Source: an uncultured Gammaproteobacteria bacterium
GTDB taxonomy: Bacteria > Patescibacteriota > Microgenomatia > Daviesbacterales > UBA10151
Direction of reading: 5' to 3'
Assembly: GCA_964636275.1 (NCBI GenBank)
Contig: CAZWRN010000001.1
Span: 107,724 to 171,723, forward strand
Length of the DNA: 64,000 nt
The notes below the pieces were generated by a model. The model did no database searches. It was not told the DNA's origin and saw only the letters and a program-made list of their open reading frames with translations. Position 1 is the first letter of the stretch. Each line of letters begins with the position of its first letter. The translations under genes were made by a program, and so were the position numbers. This document shows positions 57,021-64,000 of this stretch, in pieces.

Positions 57021-59234
57021 ATGAAATTTCTTGATTCAATTTTAAACTCATTACCAATTCCAAAAAAGAATGAACCTGTAGAGTACTACTTTGGTTTGAA
57101 TATCAGTCCGAGTATGGTGTATGGCTGTGTCTGGGGGATCCGAAGCGGTAAGCTGCATGTACTAAGCTCTTCAAAAACAGTCTATGAATCGGAAAAAGAC
57201 CTGATTGAAGCTGCCAATTATGTTTTGGATGAAGCATTGGCCGATTTTCAGCCTGAACCAGCTAAGATTTTATTTGGTGTGCCGGATGACTGGTTGGCAG
57301 ATGATGATCTGAAGCCGGAATACCTTAAAACATTGAAACAGCTGGTTAAAGAGCTAGATGTAGTCCCGTTGGCTTATGTGGCATCAACCAATGCAATTGC
57401 CCATCTGATAGCGAGGCAGACCGGTGTGCCTTTGACGGCAATATTAGTTCATATTTCTGATCCGGTGACAGTGTCGGTGGTGAAAACAGGCAAAGTTCAG
57501 GGTACTAAGCAGGTTAAAAAGAGTGATCATCTGGCCAAAGATATTGAAAAAGCTTTGATGAATTTTACCGAAGTTGAGGTGATGCCATCTAAGATTATTA
57601 TTTATGGTGATGATAAAGTTGGCAAATACAAAGAAGATCTGACATCTTATGCTTGGATGACACAGTTGCCTTTTTTGCATTTGCCAAAAATTGAGGATTT
57701 GGACCCAGGTATTGTAGTTCAGGCAGTTGCTTACGCCGGAGCTTCCGAGATAGATCCAGAAGTGCATGTCTTATCCCAAAATATTGTTGAGGATGTTAAA
57801 TCAGCTGGTAAAACCAAACCATTACATCTAGATATGGAATCGCATCATGGGCGACATCAAACAAAAGATAAACATGGTCTGGATAATGTGGGTTTTGTGA
57901 CAGGAGATATTGCTGATAAAAATCAGGAGATGCTAATGGAAGATGAAGAGTTGGGCGGAGGAGAAGATGTTGATGTTTATGGTCGGGCTGTCCCAATGCG
58001 TCACAACTCACATTCAGTTAAAGAGTCACATCTATCAGAAGTCCCAGCGTTGTCTGCAGGCTCTAAAATGGGTATGCCGGTCGGTATTTTAGGGCTTTTG
58101 GGTGGAAGTACCAAGCTTTTGATTATCCCGCTTATTTTACTGGTACTGGTTGGGGTTTATCTATATTTCCAAAAGGCAAAAGTGACGGTATTTGTGGACC
58201 TTAAAACAGTGGAGAATACTACCACTGTCACAGCCGACCCTAAAGTGAGTACGGTTGATGAACCAAATAAGATTATTCCTGGTGAAATGGTGTCTGCTGA
58301 GGTTTCAGGAAATGATAAAGGTCAGGCAACAGGTAAAAAACAGGTTGGTGATGCTGCTAAAGGAAAGGTGATTATTTACAATGCGACGGATAAATCATTG
58401 GTAATTGATAAAGGAACGACTCTCACCAATGATAAAGGTCTCAAGTTTACATTGGATGGAAGCGTTCAAGTTGCATCAAAATCGGCTAGTGCGGCTGATC
58501 CCCCGACCAAATCGAGTTTAGTGGACGCAACAGCTGCGGTAATTGGCCCGGATAGTAATATTCCGGCTGGGGGAGATCTGAGTGTGGGTGGGTTTAATAA
58601 GTCTGATGTTGTAGCCAAAGTCGATACTGCATTTAGTGGCGGTGTCTCCAAAGATGTGACTGTGGTCACGGCAGATGATCAAAATAGGCTGTTGGCCAAA
58701 GTATTGGCTGATCTGAAAAAACAGGCAAAAGATGAACTTCAATCAAAAATGACTGGAGATGTCAAAGTATTGGAAGAAGCGTTGAGCGACACTGTTATTA
58801 AAAAGACCTTTTCAAAGAATGTCGGGGATCAAGCTAGTGATTTTACCTTGAACCTGACTGTGAAATTGCTGGGTACATCATATAAAGATAGTGATCTGAA
58901 ATCAATTGTATCCAAATTGGTTCAGGTAGATGTGCCAGCTGGGTATGATCTTGATCTGAGTCAAACTGAAACTCAAGCCGATGTGTCTAAAGTTGAAAAA
59001 GATGGTAGATTGGTTTTTTCGGCTAAATTTAAAGCCAAGCTGATGCCCAAGTTTGATTTAGAACAACTTAAAAAAGATATTGTGTTTAAAAGTGCTTCTC
59101 AGGCAGCGGATAGGTTGAAGCAAATTGAAAATGTTATTGGTTCAGATATTGAATTTAAACCTGATTTACCAGGACCGTTGGAGAGATTACCAATACTGAC
59201 AAAAAATATAGATTTAGAAGTTACAGCTAAATAA
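57021..59234 (+). CDS. bitopic membrane protein: FtsA/PilM-like actin-fold N-terminal cytoplasmic domain, TM, about 360-aa beta-rich extracellular domain
   Basis: N-terminal 'YYFGLNISPSMVYGCVWGIRSGKLHVL' resembles the PilM/FtsA 'GIDIGsssik' phosphate-1 region; TM at about aa 352-384. Confidence 0.45.
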   Translation: MKFLDSILNSLPIPKKNEPVEYYFGLNISPSMVYGCVWGIRSGKLHVLSSSKTVYESEKDLIEAANYVLDEALADFQPEPAKILFGVPDDWLADDDLKPEYLKTLKQLVKELDVVPLAYVASTNAIAHLIARQTGVPLTAILVHISDPVTVSVVKTGKVQGTKQVKKSDHLAKDIEKALMNFTEVEVMPSKIIIYGDDKVGKYKEDLTSYAWMTQLPFLHLPKIEDLDPGIVVQAVAYAGASEIDPEVHVLSQNIVEDVKSAGKTKPLHLDMESHHGRHQTKDKHGLDNVGFVTGDIADKNQEMLMEDEELGGGEDVDVYGRAVPMRHNSHSVKESHLSEVPALSAGSKMGMPVGILGLLGGSTKLLIIPLILLVLVGVYLYFQKAKVTVFVDLKTVENTTTVTADPKVSTVDEPNKIIPGEMVSAEVSGNDKGQATGKKQVGDAAKGKVIIYNATDKSLVIDKGTTLTNDKGLKFTLDGSVQVASKSASAADPPTKSSLVDATAAVIGPDSNIPAGGDLSVGGFNKSDVVAKVDTAFSGGVSKDVTVVTADDQNRLLAKVLADLKKQAKDELQSKMTGDVKVLEEALSDTVIKKTFSKNVGDQASDFTLNLTVKLLGTSYKDSDLKSIVSKLVQVDVPAGYDLDLSQTETQADVSKVEKDGRLVFSAKFKAKLMPKFDLEQLKKDIVFKSASQAADRLKQIENVIGSDIEFKPDLPGPLERLPILTKNIDLEVTAK

Positions 59235-59339
59235 TAATAATCAAGATACAAGTAACAAGTATCCAAATAATTAGAAAATTGATCAATTTTTAAATTGGTT
59301 TTTGTTTGTTTCTTGGGATTTGTTTCTTGGATATTAATT
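59233..59339. repeat. palindromic intergenic element, copy 5' of the sortase gene
   Basis: Left arm TAATAATAATCAAGATACAAGTAACAAGTATCCAAA; core AAAATTGATCAATTTTTAAATTGG; right arm TTTGTTTGTTTCTTGGGATTTGTTTCTTGGATATTAATT. Confidence 0.6.
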
Positions 59340-59383
59340 TGTATTTCCTCTAACGGTAGACGGAGCCCACGAGGGGGATTCTT

Positions 59384-60028
59384 ATGATTATTAAAGGTCT
59401 ATCGTTACTATTTTTAGGAATAGGTGTTTTCATATTGATGCAAGTTGTGTTGCCTTTTTTGGAGTTTAAATCCTGGGAGCTGTTTGCTTTTGAAGAAGAG
59501 AGTGTATTGGCCAATCCTCTAAGTGGTGATGGGACAGGATTGGTCTCTGGCGTGAGTATTGAGGAGCATGATGCTTTTCCAGCGTTTATTTCCAATACAG
59601 TGAGTCCGGCCAACCTGCCATATAAAGAGTTTAAAGTCAGTATCCCTAAGATAAAGTTGGACAATATTGTTGCCAAAGTATGGAGTAATGATTTTGAAAA
59701 AACATTGGCTCAACTTCCGGGAAGTGCATTACCAGGAGAAAAAGGCAATGTATTTATCACCGGACATTCTTCGTTACCGCAGCCGATGGGAGATCGACAT
59801 GCTTGGTTTGTAAATCTGCCCAATCTTAAGAAAGGGGATAACGTCTATTTGAATGCTGCCGGACAGCAGTTTACATATATAGTAGAGGGGTTGAAGATTG
59901 TCGATCCCAAAGATACCAGTGTTTTAAATCCACCTGATAGTCGGGGAAGATATCTGACTTTGATGACTTGTGTCCCCCCAGGATTTAATACGAAAAGATT
60001 GATTGTATTGGCAAAGCTGAAAAGCTAG
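59384..60028 (+). CDS. sortase
   Basis: N-terminal TM; catalytic His 'FITGHSS', Cys 'TLMTCVPPG' (TLxTC), Arg 'TKRLIVLA'. Confidence 0.75.
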   Translation: MIIKGLSLLFLGIGVFILMQVVLPFLEFKSWELFAFEEESVLANPLSGDGTGLVSGVSIEEHDAFPAFISNTVSPANLPYKEFKVSIPKIKLDNIVAKVWSNDFEKTLAQLPGSALPGEKGNVFITGHSSLPQPMGDRHAWFVNLPNLKKGDNVYLNAAGQQFTYIVEGLKIVDPKDTSVLNPPDSRGRYLTLMTCVPPGFNTKRLIVLAKLKS

Positions 60029-60030
60029 TG

Positions 60031-60162
60031 TTAGAATTTCTAAGTACTCTAATTCCTAATATCTAAATAAGATCCAAATCTCAAGACGCTAAATACTTTT
60101 AGGATAATTTAGTTAGAAATTAGAAATTAGAAATTAGAAATTAGAAATTAGAAATTAGAAAT
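60031..60162. repeat. second dispersed intergenic repeat family, copy 2, ending in (TTAGAAA)x7 heptanucleotide tandem repeat (60113-60161)
   Basis: TTAGAATTTCTAAGTACTCTAATTCCTAAT, then seven perfect TTAGAAA units ending 4 nt before the ruvX ATG. Confidence 0.7.
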
Positions 60163-60165
60163 TTT

Positions 60166-60558
60166 ATGAAATATCTTGGTGTTGATTATGGATTAAAAAA
60201 GATTGGTCTAGCGGTATCTGAAGGACAAATTGCTTCACCATTGCGAGTGATTGCTATCTCTAGTCTAAAAGATGGTTTAGAAAAGCTAGCTCATGAGATA
60301 AAAAAAGAAGATATACAAAGAGTTGTCATCGGAATATCTGATGGTAAGATGGGTAAGATAACCCACCAGTTTGCAAATGAGCTAAAAAAAAGATATCAGA
60401 CGACACCAGTAGAGGTGATTGAAACTGATGAAACATTGAGTTCATTCGATGCTCAAGAGTTGATGATTACTCTCGGAACTTCCCAAAAAGATCGACAGGA
60501 AGAGGATGCATATTCGGCGATGTTGATTTTACAGCGGTTTCTTGATAGTTTGAGTTAG
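60166..60558 (+). CDS. ruvX: Holliday-junction resolvase-like RuvX/YqgF
   Basis: 'YLGVDYGLKKIGLAVSEG' YqgF N-terminal signature; RNase H-like fold, 130 aa. Confidence 0.85.
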   Translation: MKYLGVDYGLKKIGLAVSEGQIASPLRVIAISSLKDGLEKLAHEIKKEDIQRVVIGISDGKMGKITHQFANELKKRYQTTPVEVIETDETLSSFDAQELMITLGTSQKDRQEEDAYSAMLILQRFLDSLS

Positions 60559-60684
60559 ACGATAGATGATAGAAAATTGAAGATAGGGGTAGATGATGGA
60601 TTATAGAAAATAAAATTTGATCTATCTGCTATTCTCAATCTTCCACAACTATTTTCTACTATCTATTTACTATTTTCTAGAGTT

Positions 60685-61683
60685 ATGGCTATTAAAAAGA
60701 AAAATCCGATATTTTTTCTATTATTTTTGGCGGTTTTGATCCTAGTATTAACCATTGGAGGATACAAGTGGTACCAGACTTATCAATTTTCCCCAGTTGA
60801 CCCCGATGCTCAGGCTAAAAACTTTGTAGTTGAAGAAGGCGAGACTCCGACTGATGTGGCGGTGCGACTACAAGAAGATCAAATAGTCCGCTCTTCAAAA
60901 GTGTTTTTACAAACTTACATGCAACAAACCGATGAAATTGTACTGCAACCGGGTGTTTATAAAGTATCAGCTGCAATGACCCCGCAGCAGTTGGTAGATG
61001 CTTTTAGGCAAAGTTCAGCCGACATGAAAGTCACCTTACTTGAAGGTTGGCGGGTGGAGCAGATGGCTCAAAAATTGGAGTCTGTGATGGGTATTCCTCA
61101 GGCTGAATTTTTGAAATTAGCCAAAGAGGGTTATATGTTTCCAGATACTTATTTTTTCAACGATGATACGACCGTACAAGGGGTGGTTTCGGTACTGCAA
61201 AATACTTTTGATAAAAGGGTCACCGACGATCTTCTACAAAAAATTAAAGCTCAAGGTTTAACCGAGGAACAAGGAGTGATCCTTGCTTCATTGGTAGAGA
61301 GGGAAGGTCGAAGTGATAAAGTTCGCCAGGAAGTGGCTAGTATTATGCTAAAACGGCTTAAGATGGGCATGAAGTTGGATATAGATGCCACTGTCAGATA
61401 TGCGATGGATACTGCAGCTTATAAAACCAATCCTAAAATGACCAATTGGTGGGGAGCTATTACCCAGGAAGATTATTCTGGAGTGAAATCGCCGTATAAT
61501 ACCTATTTAAATACTGGGTTACCTCCTGGACCGATTTGTAACCCCTCTTTAGCATCTTTAAAAGCGGTAGCCAATGCAGACCCTACAACTCCGTATGTGT
61601 ATTATTATCACGATTCTCAGGGCAATTCATATTATGCTAAGACTTTGGAAGAACACGTTCAAAATCATCAGAGTCATCCATAA
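60685..61683 (+). CDS. mltG: endolytic murein transglycosylase MltG (YceG-like)
   Basis: N-terminal TM, 'PGVYKV', 'YNTYLNTGLPPGPICNPSLASLKAV' YceG signature. Confidence 0.85.
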   Translation: MAIKKKNPIFFLLFLAVLILVLTIGGYKWYQTYQFSPVDPDAQAKNFVVEEGETPTDVAVRLQEDQIVRSSKVFLQTYMQQTDEIVLQPGVYKVSAAMTPQQLVDAFRQSSADMKVTLLEGWRVEQMAQKLESVMGIPQAEFLKLAKEGYMFPDTYFFNDDTTVQGVVSVLQNTFDKRVTDDLLQKIKAQGLTEEQGVILASLVEREGRSDKVRQEVASIMLKRLKMGMKLDIDATVRYAMDTAAYKTNPKMTNWWGAITQEDYSGVKSPYNTYLNTGLPPGPICNPSLASLKAVANADPTTPYVYYYHDSQGNSYYAKTLEEHVQNHQSHP

Positions 61684-61726
61684 TGAGATAAATTATTTGG
61701 TTTTTGTGGGTATTGGTTTTTTTAAA

Positions 61727-62458
61727 TTAGTCGTGCAGACGTTGTTCTCGTTTAACCTCACAGTTGTTACAACGGAGAGTTTGAGGTGAATAAATTTGAG
61801 CTGTTTGATCCGAAACCCGGATTATTACCTGATTGTTTTCCATGAGTTCGATTGTTTCTGGATTATTGTCAGCAGTCATTTCACCTGGACCACGAACGAT
61901 ATCTAGAATAATTTTATCATCAGCCGTAAATTCTAAAGGAGATATTGTGGTGACTGTGTTATTAAATACTATCCGAAAATTTTCTTTAAATGTAGTCTTA
62001 GTAATACTTTGGTAATAGCCCGTCGATCCAAAGGGAGTGGAGGCAACAATGCCATCTCCTATAATGAGGTAGTCTGTAACTTTTTCACCATTTTTCATCA
62101 GGTTAAAACGTACTGCATGATAGGCTGATTTATTGCGGATGACGATGTCATTGAGCGCAATTAAAGTATTACCATCAAAGTTAGTTTCCAATTTCGGTTG
62201 GGTGGTGATTTCAATTTGATCGTTTTTCAAAAGTTGTAATAAATGATTGGTTTCATGTTCTGAGCATTTTTTACAAACCTTTGAATCTCGGATCGGAAGT
62301 TTGGGGATATTAGGATACTGCCTTTCGGCTGCCAGGAGTGTACCATCCCCACCATAGGTGATTAATACATCCGGATGTTCATTTACGATCTCAAAACCAA
62401 GTTTTTGAGCTATATCTGAAATATCCTGAGCATTTTTGCCGTATAGTTGAATTTTCAT
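61727..62458 (-). CDS. nadK: NAD+ kinase
   Basis: 'ITYGGDGTLLAA' GGDGT motif, 'ASTPFGSTGYYQSI'. Confidence 0.85.
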   Translation of the reverse strand: MKIQLYGKNAQDISDIAQKLGFEIVNEHPDVLITYGGDGTLLAAERQYPNIPKLPIRDSKVCKKCSEHETNHLLQLLKNDQIEITTQPKLETNFDGNTLIALNDIVIRNKSAYHAVRFNLMKNGEKVTDYLIIGDGIVASTPFGSTGYYQSITKTTFKENFRIVFNNTVTTISPLEFTADDKIILDIVRGPGEMTADNNPETIELMENNQVIIRVSDQTAQIYSPQTLRCNNCEVKREQRLHD

Positions 62459-62523
62459 GGTTTCTTAACTACCCTCACCCCAACCCTCTCCCTTAAAGGT
62501 AGAGGGAGATAATGTAAGGGTTA

Positions 62524-62817
62524 TCAAAAGTTTTGGTTGACTTCTTCTTTGAGTTTTTTGTAATCATCTGAAAAATCTGGTGAGACTTGTTTTTTGATTT
62601 CAGCTGGTAGATCGGTATTTTTATCTATGGGTGGTTCGGATGGAAGGGGTGATGGGCTTGGCTCAACATTGGTTGTTAAAGGAACTTCTCTAGGAGCTGA
62701 GGCATTTTTAAGATTGTTGGCCTTAGGAGTAGAAAGATAATAAATACCGACTCCAGTGGCTATAGAGATGATGACCACGATAATGATTGATTTGAGATTC
62801 ATATTATTTTGATACAA
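62524..62817 (-). CDS. small N-anchored Pro-rich protein
   Basis: TM helix then P/S-rich segment; overlaps next gene by 14 nt. Confidence 0.3.
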   Translation of the reverse strand: MYQNNMNLKSIIIVVIISIATGVGIYYLSTPKANNLKNASAPREVPLTTNVEPSPSPLPSEPPIDKNTDLPAEIKKQVSPDFSDDYKKLKEEVNQNF

Positions 62818-63334
62818 GTGCTTCTACCAATTTCTGAGATTTGTCGACTTTACCGGCTAAAATATCGATGTCATTGGCTAGCTGATTGATCTTACTGGTG
62901 ACATTGGCTTTAATATTGGCTTCGCCTGAGAGATCGAAAATATAATGTTTGGCTGCCTGAAAGGCAACTGCTTCATGAGCATAGGTAATCCAGTAACGGG
63001 CATTTTCAACCGGATCTGATAAGTCGCGTGTGATCCCGTCAGCCTGTCTCTCCTGAATGCCTTCTCGAAAAACATATTCGTTGAGGATCTCACCTTGTCT
63101 GGTCATTTTAGCCTCAAGCACATCGGTTTGATATTTGTTTAGGGCTGCAACTTTTTGTTCAAATTCAGCCAGTTTTTTCTGATTCTCAGGAGAATAGTTT
63201 TTAACTCGCATGTTGTAGACTTCGCGTTGTTCTCTCAAGATGTCATCGGGGGTGGTGCGGGCGGAAACAGTCGGTAGGTTGTAGGTGGTAGTGAGTAGAG
63301 TGAGAAAGCCAAGGATCAGGAGCATTTTTTTCAT
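62804..63334 (-). CDS. hypothetical secreted protein
   Basis: Signal-peptide-like N-terminus 'MKKMLLILGFLTLLTTTYN'; helical. Confidence 0.35.
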   Translation of the reverse strand: MKKMLLILGFLTLLTTTYNLPTVSARTTPDDILREQREVYNMRVKNYSPENQKKLAEFEQKVAALNKYQTDVLEAKMTRQGEILNEYVFREGIQERQADGITRDLSDPVENARYWITYAHEAVAFQAAKHYIFDLSGEANIKANVTSKINQLANDIDILAGKVDKSQKLVEALVSK

Positions 63335-63387
63335 AGAAGATTATTATAGTTCATAATGACCGATTTGGAAAATATTTTCTTTTAAAA

Positions 63388-64000
63388 ATGAGCTGCTGTG
63401 TTAAAATAGCTGCACTCGATGGGCTATATACCTAAAATTAATGGTTATTCATTAACAGATTTTCATGATTTTGAGGAGTGTAAATTCCGGTTTTTTGTCC
63501 GACATCATTTGGACCATAAATATGAAATAGCCAAAGGAAGTGATCAGTTGGCCCTTGGAGTATTACTCGACCGGGCGATTAAAGAGGTTCATCGCAATAA
63601 AGATAAAGGTTCTTATAAAGCACCAATAGATCGGTTGGTGAAATCCGTCAGATATGCGGAAAAACTGATCAGGGAAGAAGAAAAAAATAGTCCGAAATGC
63701 CCGAATTTTTCGACTGCGGTGGTGGAATATTTTACTGAAGACGTTATTAAAACTGCTGAATTTTTATTTCATAATTTCTGTACCCAGTTGCAAGGTAACT
63801 TTAAAGAAGCAATCTTTGATGTGGGGTTTTGTAAATGGAATCTCAAAGTGGGAAATGAGGAGTTTGTCTTGTGGGGAGGTCCAGATACTGTAGAGATGGG
63901 AAAGGACGGGGTACCTGAAGTGATTGACTATAAATCCCGCCAAAATATTTCGAGAGGCAAAGATGGGATGGATATGGATCTGATGCCAAAGCTTTATATG
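63388..64000 (+). CDS. PD-(D/E)XK-family nuclease (partial; runs off window end)
   Basis: Open frame from ATG 63388 to the window end (not in the supplied track); contains 'GGPDTVEMGKDGVPEVIDYKS', the classic D...E-x-K RecB/Cas4-like motif. Confidence 0.4.

Noticed and set aside
60113-60161. Possible CRISPR array suggested by the tandem TTAGAAA units, by (TAGACAT)x4 at 41859 and by the palindromic arm repeats.
   Set aside because: The units are 7 nt with no spacers. The palindromic elements are dispersed, not arrayed with unique spacers. No cas genes are present in the window.
1-64000. Alternative genetic code (UGA recoding, as in Gracilibacteria/Absconditabacteria).
   Set aside because: Long conserved genes (dnaK, pnp, ftsK, lepA, alaS) are uninterrupted under the standard code and terminate at expected positions. 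No in-frame TGA needs to be read through.

Overview
This 64 kb window looks like a chromosomal core region of an AT-rich (about 40% GC) bacterium with a reduced proteome. It is tightly packed, mostly on the + strand, with no rRNA or tRNA genes, no CRISPR array and no transposase or integrase.

Recognisable genes and operons:
- Heat-shock operon hrcA-grpE-dnaK-dnaJ, with a CIRCE-like operator upstream.
- nusA-infB-rpsO-pnp-rnj neighbourhood, plus lepA, alaS, ftsK, murJ, tpiA, pcrA/uvrD, trxA, rpsT, ruvX, mltG, nadK and holA.
- Cell-envelope genes: LCP-family, FemAB-family, sortase, 3D-domain protein, and PilN/PilO-like pilus components.

Features that point to a minimal, episymbiont-style lineage (possibly Patescibacteria/CPR, by inference only): a 483-aa IF-2, an AlaRS lacking the C-Ala domain, a short HrcA and thioredoxin, a 'four-helix-bundle' gene inserted between nusA and infB, and DnaJ without a zinc finger.

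Most unusual observations:
1. A family of at least seven palindromic intergenic repeat elements (arms CAAGATACAA / TTGTATCTTG, core AAATTGATCAATTT) sitting immediately 5' of genes.
2. An RNA-decay gene cluster (a DHH-like pseudo-enzyme, S15, PNPase with an RGG tail, an orphan Lon AAA+ module without a protease domain, RNase J) whose proteins share a repeated Q/P/S-rich peptide motif that is also a 45-nt DNA repeat.
3. GrpE carrying an 8-cysteine cluster.
4. A GC-rich, helix-closed 130-nt element of unknown identity downstream of rnj.
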